A DNA stretch of 64,000 bases from Octopus bimaculoides (taxonomy: Eukaryota), in NCBI RefSeq assembly GCF_001194135.2, contig NC_068986.1:37006582-37070581 (forward strand). Reading direction: 5' to 3'. Below are positions 10,996-23,899 of this stretch, piece by piece. Every line of letters starts with the position of its first letter. Positions within the stretch are counted from its first letter, which is position 1. A program made the translations under genes and the position numbers. The notes beneath the pieces were generated by a model, which was given only the letters and a program-made list of their open reading frames with translations, had not been told where the DNA came from and did no database searches.

Positions 10996-12308
10996 CTGAA
11001 AACAGAATGGTAAAAAAAAATAAGGATTACAACTCATAAATAACTCAAACTATGATAATCTATTTAATATATTTTAATATATATATTTATATTCTCTGCT
11101 GCCTGCCTTAAGTAGAAAACATTTTTCTGTAAAGTAATGGATATAAAAAAACTCAGCCATATATTGCTGAATTGTCTTTTATTAATTTTCTCTAACTTGA
11201 TTGTCAGTAACAAAACCAGAAACCTTAACCCTGTCACTTCATATTCCTGATACAGTGGGAATAGGTTAAACATCATCTCAGCTGGATTCCCAGTAAAACA
11301 GCAATGAAGAACACATATAAAAAAAGAAGATGCGGCTGATTCTGTCCATTAGTTTGCCTGCAATTGTTACTCTAGAGCTATACATGCAGCTATTCATTTT
11401 TCTGCGAGAGAGCAGGTTTCTGTTTACAAAATTCACTCACAATGCATTGGACAGTCAGAGTATAATAGAAGATGCTTGCCCAGGATGCTGCTGTGAGTAG
11501 AAGAAACCACATGATTACAAAGCAAGCTTCTTCATATATAGCCATGCCTGTGCATCTATCAGTGGGAGGCAAAAAAACCATACACATTTCTGTCTTATTG
11601 GAAATTGTCAATGGTTTGTACTAACAGCCAGCTACATATATACGGAGGTAAGTAAAATGAAGCTATACCAAAATGAAAAGATGGCCACAGATATTGCACA
11701 AAATATTAAGAAGTGTTAAAACGTTATTAAAGTTCTGGAGGATAATTACAGATAATAAATAAATGAACATATAAGAATACAGATATCATTAAAAAAAAGG
11801 ATATAATTTAAGGAAACAAGAGAAAAAAAATATGGAGTAACATCCATCTACACTACGGTAGGAACCAGACAGGTAAGTTGGATTAGAGCACTTCATTTTA
11901 CTTACCTATCCCTCATCTCAAGCTGGAATCTGGTGAACCGAAAGTGCCAGTGTGCATTTTCTGGTGTAACTAAGTGCCAGTGAACATTTTCTGTGTTGGA
12001 CAGGATAAAAAACAATCAACAATTTCCCAAATGGCACACTTTGCATCGATCTCATTGCTTTTTTTTTTTTGTTCTTATCTATTTATTTACTTGCTGAGCT
12101 TGCTTTCAGTTTCCAGTGGGAAAATATTTTCATTAACACAGATATTATGGTAATTCTATTGCTTTGTAAGAAATAACGACAATGACGACGATGATGATGA
12201 TGATGATGATGATGATAGCAGTAGTAGTGAAGGAGGAAGAGGAAAAGGAAAGGGGTGGAGAATAACAACAACAACAAAACAACTAATGGATATTAAATGC
12301 AAGCTTAC

Positions 12309-12478
12309 TCTCCGGTGCCAAACACAGCATATATTAAATTCTCTTCTTTGGAATAGAAGGTCTGCTGAATTTCATTGAAATAAAATGGAAACTCTCCTGG
12401 AAGAGAACAGTTAATCCGGGACTTAAGAAAAGTCGTCCAGTTGTTTTCTAGAAGGAGGCTGTCTCCTCCTCTGTCAGT
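12309..12478 (-). CDS. Sema5: Sema5 coding exon 8
   Basis: ctcttcag|ACT...GA|gtaagc; TDRGGDSLLLENNWTTFLKSRINCSLPGEFPFYFNEIQQTFYSKEENLIYAVFGTG; phase 0 to 2. Confidence 0.97.
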
Positions 12479-12675
12479 CTGAAGAGTAAAAGAAAAAAAC
12501 AAAAAAAGGGGTGTAAAAACAATGGATGAGATTTTCATCATAAATTATTTCTTACATAAAAATCATTCAGTTTCAAGACTGCCACTATTAAAATTCCACT
12601 GTAAGTCCTCCACACACTGTTTACAGTTACTAGTTAATACATTTTACCGGATTTCTAATGTAACGAACACACACA

Positions 12676-12727
<52 letters not shown>

Positions 12728-12748
12728 TTTTTAACTCATAGAATTTAT

Positions 12749-13060
12749 AGGTGCATGGCTAAGTGGTTAGAGCATCAGGCTCACAACCATGAGGTAGTGA
12801 GTTCGATTTCTGGACCAAGGCTGTGTGTTGCGTTCTTGAGCAAAATACTTTATTTCACATTGCTCCAATTCATTCAGTTGTAGAAATGAGATGCAACGTC
12901 ACTGGTGCCAAGCTGTATCGGCCCCTTTGCCTTTCCCTTGGATAACATCAGTGGTGGGGAGAGGGGAGGCCGGTATGCATGAGCGACTGTTGGTCTTCTA
13001 AAAACAACCTCACCTGGACTTGTGCCTCTGAGAGTAACTTTCTAGGTGCAATCCCATGGG
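12749..13060 (+). mobile_element. tRNA-derived SINE family F
   Basis: A-box TGGCTAAGTGG, B-box GTTCGATTTC and TTCTTGAGCAA core; second copy in reverse at 41026-41310. Confidence 0.8.
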
Positions 13061-13444
13061 GGTCTTTACCCTTTTTATTTAGCATAGACGGAACAAGGCA
13101 TATGGCATAGTAGTTAAGGTGTCACACACATGATCATAATATCATAGTTTCAATTTCCAAACTGGGCAGTGTGCTACATTCTTGAACAAAACACTTCATT
13201 TCACATTACTCCAGTCCACTTGGCTGTAAATGAGTAACCCTGCATCTCGGTCACTTGCACAGCAGTGAAACTGGGTAACCTGCCTTATGAGTCCTAGGAC
13301 CCAAGACAGTAATATCCAAGGGAATGACCCAACATAAATATCCATTTTTCATAAAGTACACAAATATGTTATAGAACAAAATTAGGCTGTCAACCACAGT
13401 TTTGACATAAATCACAAGATTCATATTTCTGTAAATGTACTTAC

Positions 13445-13477
13445 CTTACATATTCTTGCTACCCTAGAATAGACTTT
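13445..13477 (-). CDS. Sema5: Sema5 coding exon 7 (33-nt mini-exon)
   Basis: ttttctctttatctag|AAA...AAG|gtaagt; KVYSRVARICK (conserved SRVARVCK motif); phase 0 to 0. Confidence 0.95.
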
Positions 13478-13659
13478 CTAGATAAAGAGAAAAGAAAAAT
13501 AAATGATAAATAATATGAAACACATAGAACTTAATAGTTGATCACATTTTCTTTGGCAGCATTTGAATTTAGGATGTAAAAACAAACAATGAACAACCAA
13601 ACAAATAATTACAACGATGGTGATGATGATGATGATATGTATTGCTCCTGATTTAGGCA

Positions 13660-14347
13660 AAGGATGAAATGCAAAGTTGACTTCAGTGGGATTTGAACTC
13701 AGAATGTTAAGAGCCAGAACAAATACTGCAAAGCACTTTTATCAATATCCTAACAATTTTGCCAGCTTACAGCTTTTATAATTGTTTCTGATAAGACCTG
13801 AAAGTTTGTAGAGAGAGATAAATTGGTTACATTGACCTCAGTACTTGGTCAGTGCTGTATTTTATTCGACCCAAAAAGGATAAAAGGCAAAGATGATGTA
13901 AGTAGGATTTGAACTCTTAATGAGTAAAGAACCAGAACAAGTACTGCAAAGGCAGTTTTCCCAACCTTCTAACAATGCTTCCAGTGTGAGAGGATATAGT
14001 CAATTTAACCGAGCTAAATATAAGGATAGCATTTATTATTAGTGTCTTTGGAAATAAAAAGCAACTCTGAGATTAGAACTTACAAGAGGCAATATGCCAA
14101 ACTGGAAGCATTAAAGAATTCGGTCAAGCTTTCTTCATAGCCAACCATCTCCACAATTGCAATCATCATCATCATCATCGTTTAACGTCTGCTTTCCATG
14201 CTAGCATGGGTTGGACGATTTGACTGAGGACTGGTGAACCAGATGGCTACACCAGGCTCCAATCTGATTTGGCAGAGTTTCTACAGCTGGATGCCCTTCC
14301 TAACGCCAACCACTCCGAGAATGTAGGCCACTCTGAGAGTGTGGTAA

Positions 14348-14389
<42 letters not shown>

Positions 14390-14905
14390 TATTATTATTA
14401 TTATTATCATCATCATCATTACCATCATTATCATTATTATTTTAATTATTTTTATTAATTATGGTGATGAGATTGCAGAATTGTTACTACACTGGACAAA
14501 ATGCTTAGTGGCATTTCTGTTGACTACATTCTAAATTCAAATGCTGTCAAGGTCGATTTTACCTATCATCCCTTCGGGGTCGATAAAACAAGTACCAGCT
14601 GAACACTGGAATTGATGTAGTCAGCTTCCCCTTCCTCTAAAATTCCAGACCTTGTGCCTATAGTAGAAAGAATTATTATTTTTATTATGTAAGGCAAGAA
14701 CCTGGTGGAATCACCACTGTGCTGAACAGTAATGCTTAGTGGCATTTCTTCTGAGTCTACATTCTGAGTTCAAATGCTGCCAAGATTGACTTTACCGTTA
14801 ATACTTTCAGGCTCATTGAAATAGGTACCAGTTGTGCATTGGACTTCATGTAATTGACATGCTCCTTCCTTCAAAATTACTGGCCTTGTGCCAAAATTAG
14901 CCTTA
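13660..14905. mobile_element. Cluster of decayed SINE family C copies (GTTCAAAT...GTCGACTTTGCCTTTCATCC...AAGTACCAG core), two minus then two plus, around one family D copy
   Basis: Core motif recurs at about 13660, 13840, 14480 and 14710. Further copies near 19905, 21860, 23630, 31200, 49270 and 59560. Confidence 0.7.
14163..14327 (-). mobile_element. Family D 3' fragment
   Basis: (CAT)nCGTTTAACGTCTGCTTTCCATGCTAGCATGGGTTGG... matches 2091-2237. Confidence 0.8.
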
Positions 14906-15689
14906 TTATTATTAATGTTATATATTTATAATATTCCAAATGAGATACAAATTTGCTTTGTCCAAAACTACTAATCTTTAAATACAAGATTCATCTTCAT
15001 TTCAATTAAGTAAAGCAGATGTGAAAGCTGGTGGTGGTGGTGGTGGTGGTAACAGTGGTAGTAATGATGATGAGCCTTGGCAGAAAATGCCCATCACTTT
15101 CTAATGATGAATTTTGCAGATCAGCATCAGATTAGGATTATTCTATGACGTTCTTTCTCCTTGTTTTCATTAAAACTATTTTAACCATCTCAATTTCTTT
15201 ATTCTTTAACATAAACATTTGCCTTTCACTCATTTGTCTGGCAATGTTGGCATTAGAAACAGATGAATCTCTAGATTCATCTGTTTCTAATGCCAACATT
15301 ATTTTTCTCCCCAATTTTTTTTCTCCTTCTTTTTTTACTGGTTTGCCTCATTTTTCTTACCAAAAAGTAATGGAATATGTTGAATACCATATTTAAAAAT
15401 TGCACTGGAAATATAAATTATATTCATGTTTTTTTTTTTTTCTTTTTTGCAATACAGAAAAAAAGGAAGACATACAAATACAAATGATGTAAAATATATA
15501 ATATCTGATGCGGTTATAGGTACAGGTGTGGCTTTGTGATTAAGAAGTGGTGCTTCCCAACCATGTTGTCCTGGGCTCGATTCCACTGTGCAACACCTTT
15601 ACTAGTGTCTTCTACTATAGCTATGGGCTGATCAAAACCTTGTGAGTCGATGTAGTAGACAGAAACTTAAAGCCCATTATATATATGTC

Positions 15690-15748
<59 letters not shown>

Positions 15749-16020
15749 CAGACGTTAAACGATGATGATGATGATATGCGTATGTGTGTGGTGTATTGGT
15801 GTTGGTTTGTTTATGTCCCTGTAACCAAGCAGTTCAGCAAATGAAACTGACAGAATAAGTACCAGATTTAAAAAATAAATACTGGGATCAATTTGATTGA
15901 TTAAACACTTCAAGTCAATGTCCCTCCACACAGTTTCAGTTTACCAAATCCACTCACAAGACTAGCCAAAGTCAAGTTTATATTTAATGTCATTGAAATG
16001 AATTATAAAATCTGTGTGTG

Positions 16021-16284
16021 ATCAACCTGCCCTCGAACATACATCAACTGGCTCTTGAGTGTGTGACAGACTATTCATGACAGTTCATTAGCCTGTCTTC
16101 AAGTATGCATCAACCTGTCCCCTAGAGTGCATTGGCCTCTCCTCAAATGTGCATTAGTCTCTCCTCTATCATGCATCAACTAGTCCTCTATCATGCTTAA
16201 GCCGGTTCTCAAATGTATGTCAGCCTAACCCTGAGTGTGTATCAGCCTGTCCTCAAGTATGCATTAGCATGTCCTCAAGTGTGC
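16021..16284. repeat. Degenerate 22-bp minisatellite, 12 units (consensus about ATCAGCCTGTCCTCAAGTATGC)
   Basis: Manual segmentation gives 12 x 22 = 264 bp. Confidence 0.8.
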
Positions 16285-17205
16285 ATGATTTCTGAGTCTG
16301 TTTGCTTGTCTGTCTGACAGTATGCATGTGTGTATCTGAGTTTGAATGTATGCTTTCGAGAGACTGAGAGAGAGAGGGGGGGCAGATGTGTGTGAGACTG
16401 TGTGGGTGGAAACATGAGTATCTGTGTGAATGAGCATGTATGTTTAAGTGTGTGTATACACGTGAGTGTGTGTGTGTGTGTGTGCATGTGTTTTTATATA
16501 TAATTGCATACGTATGCATAAAATATGTGTCTATGGGTATCTAAGATCTACATATTAGTGTGCATATCCAACTGAACAGTTTTGTTTATTTGCTTTCTCT
16601 CTCTTCTCCTGCACTTATTATCCTCAGTAATAGAAGTACTCGTCTATCATCAATTAGATGAAGCTATATAGTTAATCAGCTGGTAGAAAGAATTTACTCA
16701 GCAAATTAACTCCACCTGGGTTCATTAACAGACTTCTGTTGCTCAATAACGATGGGAAAAATGGTAGCTTCTAAATTATTTGTCAATTCATTGTTTAAAT
16801 TACAGGAGGATTTCAGAATAAATAAATATTTTTCAATGTCTTAAGGAAGTCTCACACTCCCACGTGTCACATAAACATAGACATACACACACACATAAAG
16901 AATTACACTTACATAGACATGCATAAATACATACATGCATAATCATTACCAACCAGGTGTTAAACAGCAACCAGGCGTTTAAAATACATGAGAAATAGTA
17001 TTAACATAAATTATGATAGATCATTTTGTGAATATGCTGTTGCTGCTGCTGCTAATTAATGTATGTGTCATATTTATGCTACTAATGCCCATATAAAATA
17101 AGAAAAAAGAAAGATATATATTTTAATCCCTGAGAGATTTTCAAAGGTTGGATTTACACTGTGATTTTTCGAAGGGTAGAGGCTCACAAATTAAATGTTG
17201 TCATT

Positions 17206-17597
17206 GTTGTTGTTGATACTCTGTCGCTTACGACGTCGAGGGTTCCAGTTGATCCGATCAACGGAACAGCCTGCTCATGAAATTAACATGCAAGTGGCTG
17301 AGCACTCCACAGACACGTGTACCCTTAACATAGTTCTTGAGGATATTCAGCGTGACACAGAGTGTGACAAGGCTGGCCCTTTGAATTACAAGCACAACAG
17401 AAACAGGAAGTAAGAGTGTGAGAAAGTTGTGGTGAAAGAGTACAGCAGGGTTCGCCACCATCCCCTGCTGGAGCCTCGTGGAGCTTTTAGGTGTTGTGCG
17501 CTCAATAAACACTCACAACGCCCAGTCTGGGAATCGAAACTGTGATCCTATGACCGCAAGTCCACTACCCTAACCACTGGGCCATTGCGCCTCCACG
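17206..17597 (-). mobile_element. tRNA-derived SINE, family A, with 11-bp TSD
   Basis: Reverse-complement copy of family A; TSD ATGTTGTCATT at 17195-17205 and 17598-17608. Confidence 0.92.
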
Positions 17598-18320
17598 ATG
17601 TTGTCATTACAAATCTGTCTAAAANNNNNNNNNNNNNNNNNNNNNNNNNNNNNNNNNNNNNNNNNNNNNNNNNNNNNNNNNNNNNNNNNNNNNNNNNNNN
17701 TGACCTCCTGCTATCCAAGGTACCAGATGAACCAATATCAAGGCAGTAGACTCAAAAGAGGGCAGTAGTGTCAAATTCCCTCCTTCACCAAAATCCAATC
17801 ACATAAGATTGGCTTTTGAAAAGGTGATGACACTGGCAGTGTTCCAGCATGGCCACAGCTTTAGGGCTGAAATTCGTAATAAAAGAATCTGAGATTCCAG
17901 AATTCTTTCTTTTTAGTTCATGCGAAAAATAATGCATTAGGTACAGATACAAACAGTAAGATAAGGTTTTAAGTAGGAAGATTACATGTAAGATGTAAAT
18001 ATTCATTTGCATGCAAGGATATGCACATATACATGATGGATTTCCATACAGTTTCCATCTATCAATTGCACCCACAAGGCATTGGTTAGCCAATGGCTAC
18101 AATAGAAGACTCTTGCCCGAGGTACCGCACAGTGAAACAGAACCCTAAACCATGTGGCTATGAAGTGAACTATGTATCCCCACTTGTTATGCATGTGTGT
18201 GTTTGCACGTGCGCGCGTGTACATGCTTTTTATATAGAGGTGTTTCAAAATAATAAAATAATTAATGTCTTGTTTTTAAGTTGGAAGTGGTGGTCATATT
18301 AGAAAATTGAAGGAACTTAC

Positions 18321-18409
18321 TTTGCCACAGTTAATATATTCAACAGCAGTTTCTCGGAAAAAGAAATATATGTGGCTCTCGATTTCATACGATGATACAA
18401 AATTGGGTT
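18321..18409 (-). CDS. Sema5: Sema5 coding exon 6
   Basis: gttccag|AA...AAA|gtaagt; (E)PNFVSSYEIESHIYFFFRETAVEYINCGK (YFFFRE motif); phase 1 to 0. Confidence 0.97.
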
Positions 18410-19403
18410 CTGGAACAGGAAAAAAACAAACAAACAAATGATTAAAACTAACAAAGCTATACAATTCTTTAAATAAGAGAAATAAATATTTACATTTGCT
18501 GTACCATTATTTATTTTCATCTTTCAATAATATCACATAAATAATGTGCTTTATTTGCATATTCTCTTGCAGGTTACTAAGAATATCAGCTGACAACAAA
18601 GAATACACCACATAAGTTTAGAATTCCAAATGCTTCTCTTATTATTTTAATCTTAGTTTTTCATATTTATATATATATGTGTGTATATATAAATATATAT
18701 GTATGTATGCATATATATACATATACATACATGAATTTAGAAGTCAAACCTTTCATTATTTTTATCTTATGTTTTATATGTATATATTGTATTCTAAACA
18801 TACATGGATGGAATATTTTTTTTAATTTAAGTTTAAATATTTGTATATTGTTGTTTGGGTATCATAATATAAGAATGACATATTTCAGCTATACAAACTG
18901 ATGAAAAGGGAAATGTTTCTTATCAATTGCAGTAACAAGTATTGTTTGAGGTCACAATCATATGACTTTCGTTGTTTAAACCAAAAAGATATACATACTA
19001 CAGAGAAAATAAATATTCTGCAAACAATATTAAGTATTAATCATCAGGGAAAAAAAAAAGATTAAAATATATATCACAAATGTACTTAAATATAGCAGGT
19101 CACATGTTTTTATTGACCAACAGCAGCATTTTGTTTTCATAATGCAACATGCAAAATTGAAATATAGCTGCTTTTGTAATTCATGACAATAAAAAGAAAA
19201 AACTGCTGATTTAAACTGAATTTTGAATTATTTCATATTGTAATCCCTGCTAAGTACAACTTATTAGTTGGTTGGGATATGTATTTTTGCTTTTGTATGC
19301 TGTAGTTCTTTTATTCATGATCAACTACACTGTGTATTTCACTGACCTTGGATGAACAAAAAGCAAAGCAGATCTTAGCAGAATTTGAACCCAGACCATA
19401 TAT

Positions 19404-19793
19404 TGTATTGTTGGCACTCCACCGCTTACGACGTCGAGGGTTCCAGTTGATCCGATCAACAGAACAGCCTGCTCGTGAAATTAACGCGCAAGTGGCTGAG
19501 CACTCCACAGACACGTGTACCCTTAACGTAGTTCTCGGGGGAGATTCAGCGTCACACAGAGTGTGACAAGGCTGACCCTTTGAATTACAGGTACAACAGA
19601 AGCAGGAAGTAATAGTGAGAGAAAGTTGTGGTGAAAGAATACAGCAGGGTTCGCCACCATCCCCTGCCAGAGCCTCGTGGAGCTTTAGGTGTTTTTGCTC
19701 AATAAACACTCACAACGCCCGGTCTGGGAATCGAAACCGTGATCCTATGACCACGTGTCCGCTGTCATAACCATTGGGCCATTGCGCCTCCAC
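19404..19793 (-). mobile_element. tRNA-derived SINE, family A, with 11-bp TSD
   Basis: Reverse-complement copy; TSD AGACCATATAT at 19393-19403 and 19794-19804. Confidence 0.92.
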
Positions 19794-21440
19794 AGACCAT
19801 ATATGAATACAATCAAATAATCATTTCTACTAAAGGTACAAAGCCTGCAATTTTGTCGGAGACGGTGGGTGGAGGTAAGGGAGGTGCTGATTGACTCCAT
19901 TGATCTCAGTACTTAACTGATTACTAATTTTGTTGACCCTGAAAGAATGAAAGGCAAAATTGACTTTGGCAGAATTTGAACTCAGAACATAAAGACAGAC
20001 AAAATGTCACTAAGCATTTTGTCTGGTGTGCTACCAGCTCTGCCACCTTGCCACCTTATGAACTCAACCGAATAATACAAGGTTTTTTTTGTTTTTGACA
20101 TAGTACCACTTCTACCATCAATCCTCCTGTATTTTAACTCCAAATGCCAAAATATTTCAATATCAAATCTCCATCCATCTTATCCTCCTCATCATCATCA
20201 TCAACAATGTTGTCATCATTTTAATGTCTACTTTTCCATGCAAGCAGGAGTCGGACAGGATTGATTGATGCAGATTTTCTATGGATGGATGCCCTTCTTG
20301 TCACCTTCTTGTCTCCAAACAAGGCGATATTTTCCCATGGCTAGAGATGTCCTCATTGAAGAGTGGCAACAAGGGACACTCTACATAACAGTGATGTTTG
20401 TTTATATCAATTGTATGATATCAAGACAAGGAGACACAAACACACACACACTCATCTAAGATGGACGTTTCTCAATCTCCATCTACCAAATCCACACAGA
20501 ATGCTTAGGTCAACTCTGAAAGCCATAGTACAGCCCCTTCTTCCAGACATTACCCCAAGGTGTCACAGTATGGGACTGAACCCAAAACCATGTGGTTGGG
20601 AAGTGAACTTCTTAACTACATAGCCATGTCTGTGCTATTATTAGATGTAATAAATTTCTTTCAGAGTTTGATCCCATGGTCTCAATGTTATGAGCTCAAA
20701 GTTACTCATATTCTTAATAACTATTCCTAATATAAGCACAGGGCTATAAATTTAGGGAAAAGGGATTAATCAGTTAACTCCAGTACTTGATTGATACTTA
20801 ATTTTCTCAGCCCCAGATGAATGAAAAGTCAAGTTGTCTTACAAAATTTTGAAATCAAACATGATCTAAAGCTGAATTCTCTAAAAAGATAATTCCACAA
20901 GGTTTTTTATTTTTTTTTCTTCTTTTGACTTGCAGGGTTACTATAGAGGCCCTCTTAGACCAGTATGACTGATACCATTAATGTTTCTTTTGTACCTTTT
21001 AAGTCAACACTTAAGAAAAACTTGAGCAGGAAGTGAATTCCAGAGGGCCAATGTTCTGGGAAGGAATGAGTGGGCGTAATTATGAGTGCAGGTCCTGGGG
21101 ATTTGGACAGGAGATGAAGCAATAATGGTCTTTCATATACAGGAATTGATTGATTCAACAAATTAATAACATACTTATTGCTTTTTTACAGATAAAATAT
21201 CTTGCTTAGGAATGTTGATTGCAGCCATGTTATAGACTGGAATTTTGAGAGAAAATGTTGATGTGTCACTATTCCAAATACCTTAAACTGAGATATTTAG
21301 AGTCTCCCCTTTCACACACACACCTATTTTTCCCTACTTTTATCACCCTATCTCTATCAATGGAAGGAAAAGAGGAAAGAATAATTTTTTCTCAATACTT
21401 TATAATATGTTTTCTTTAGAGTTAGAATCTCTTACCAAAC

Positions 21441-21510
21441 ACACATGGTTTAAAACAGCTGCCACAACACAGCTGAAGTTTTAAATTCTTGTTTCAGAAA
21501 CAAAATGTTT
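21441..21510 (+). repeat. 70-bp direct repeat, copy 1 (copy 2 at 22652-22721)
   Basis: 65 of 70 positions identical by manual alignment. Confidence 0.9.
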
Positions 21511-22651
21511 ATGTTGTATAACAGACAACATTAGATAGAAAGAAAAAAAATCTGCCAATATTATGTAAAATGCAGACATCAGCAGAGAGAGAAAAACTAA
21601 ACTAAACCAATGGTTGTTTAAAGTTACTATAGATTTTAACTTTGAAAGTGAAGATATTTGGTGGTTTAACTTTCCATGAAACTTCTGTTGCATACCATAC
21701 AACACCACAATCAAATCATCTGGGCCATTCTTAACCTACATTTTCAACAACACACTTAAAGAGAAATAATTGGAATTTAGAGAAGTTGAAGTCACTAAAT
21801 GAATAATGCATCAAGGCCCGAAGATCTCAAGTTAATTTTCAGTCATAATAGTATTGGCAAATTGGCTGAGTGGTAAAAGTGTCAGATAGATTGCTTTGCA
21901 ATATTCAGTTTAGCTCTGTATGCTCTGAGTTCAAATACTACCAAGGCCATCTTTACATTCTAGCCTTTCAGAGCCAATAAATGAAGTTCTAGTGCTGCTT
22001 GCTGGATCAATTTTTCTCTTTCACCCGTTCTTTCTTTTTGTTTACCTCACTTTCTGGAAAAAATCAGTTGTGGTTACATCTGGAGAGGTATAGGCTCTGC
22101 TAGGCCCAAAACTATCCAAAATGTGCCATATGTCATTACTACTCCTCTATGACTCTATGAGGTGTTGAGGGCTATAAAAATATATATATATTGATTGTAG
22201 CCTTATGTAAAAATTTAAGTGATTCAAATCAAGAAAGCTTAGATCTGATCACATTGTTTTTATAGCTTCCAGTATCAAGTTCAGATCTTTCTTGAGTTAC
22301 TGTTTTACTGTATTTAAGTACTACTGAATATTATAGACACTAGAGCTACAACAGAGAAAATAGCATTAGAAGGTGATCAACTCCTGTGAAGAAATAGGTT
22401 TTATTCTTTGTATGGCAAAAGGAATCACAAACCAATATCCACCAAATAGATAGTTATACTGAATGTTGAGGTATATCAACCATACACAGCATACAAAAAT
22501 GACTGGAATAGTTAAATGGCTGACAATTTATAAATGTTGAAAGTTCACAAATTAGTGAAGCTACTATGTAGTTAAGATCGACTTATAATTAGCATGTAAA
22601 CTGTTTAAACTTTTTCCAGCTGAATCAAGATATAGCAACTGGGCATTAAAA

Positions 22652-22721
22652 ACACATGGTTTAAAACAGCTGCCACAACTGAGCTGAAGTTTTAAATACT
22701 TGTTTTAGTAACAAAATGTTT
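22652..22721 (+). repeat. 70-bp direct repeat, copy 2
   Basis: Matches 21441-21510. Confidence 0.9.
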
Positions 22722-23098
22722 TCTTTAGTCTAGCCAGCTGAAAATATGTTACCTCCAACAAAACTGCATAACTTTAGCAGGAACATTACAAGGACAGCTA
22801 TATTAACATAGTTCAAAAGACTTTTTATTAAAAGAATAAATATTTTCTGAAACAAATTAAACATTCAGAGGCATAGTATTTGAATATCTGCAGTAATTAA
22901 ACCACTTAATTATGTAAAACAAACTCAAATCCTATTGCACACCATACTGAGTGCTAGAGTAAAAATTAAGTACCATTTTACTTCTTTTAACATACATGCG
23001 ATTAAAAATGCAAAAAAAAATGATAATGTGAATTTTACTATCTATAAGCTACCAGAAAAGTAGAGCTCAAATGAATTGAGTGAGTAGATGAGCATTAA

Positions 23099-23312
23099 CC
23101 CTTTAGCATTTAAACTAGCCATATCTGGCTCAAATATTCTCCTTGTTCAAATTGACCATATCTAACCTCTCATACCTATCCTACAATGTTATCCTAAAAA
23201 TAAACAATCACATCATCAAAATCTTGAAGCTATGAGATTAATTTATGAACAATTCAAAACAATGGGAATAAATGTACATTATATTTGACAGAGCAATCTG
23301 AATATTAAGGGG
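23099..23312. mobile_element. piggyBac-like MITE, decayed
   Basis: TTAA (23095-23098) then CCCTTTAGCATT; right end AATATTAAGGGG resembles a degenerate AATGCTAAAGGG; right TTAA lost. Confidence 0.55.
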
Positions 23313-23899
23313 CTAGAAGCATTGGCTGATGTAATGCATAAGAAATATATTGTATTGGTATGGAACAAATAAAGTTGGATGTGAATGTGCGATGATATGT
23401 CATGTAGCAGAGAAAACTTGAAGAATACGGAGGAAGGAATGGTGAAATCATATCTCAGGATATTAAAACTGACAAATAAAATGATAAAAATATGATAACA
23501 AAAGATGAAGATGAGATAACAAAAGTTCAAGCTAGGTGCTAATATCTAATACAGGAGAGCTGTATTAGATGTTAGACCCATGATAACAGAGATTAGACCC
23601 ATGACAGCAAAGATAAAATAGATGTTAATGGAAGGTGGCAATCTGGCAGAAGCTTTACCACTGGAAAAAATGTTTAGTGGCATTTCATCTGATTTTATGT
23701 TCTAAGTTCAAGTGCCACTGGGGTCAACTATGCTTTTCATATTATCAGGGTTGATGAAATAAGTACCAGTTGAATACTGGGGTCAAATTATCTCCTCCTC
23801 AAATTTGCTGGCCTTGTGCCAAATTTTGAAACCAATATATAATAACTGATATGATTAACAAAAAAAATACAAAATGAATTACCAACCATAGTTACTTAC

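Noticed and set aside
16021-16284. Regular 22-bp array as a CRISPR
   Set aside because: Head-to-tail units with no unique spacers, no cas genes, eukaryotic intron.
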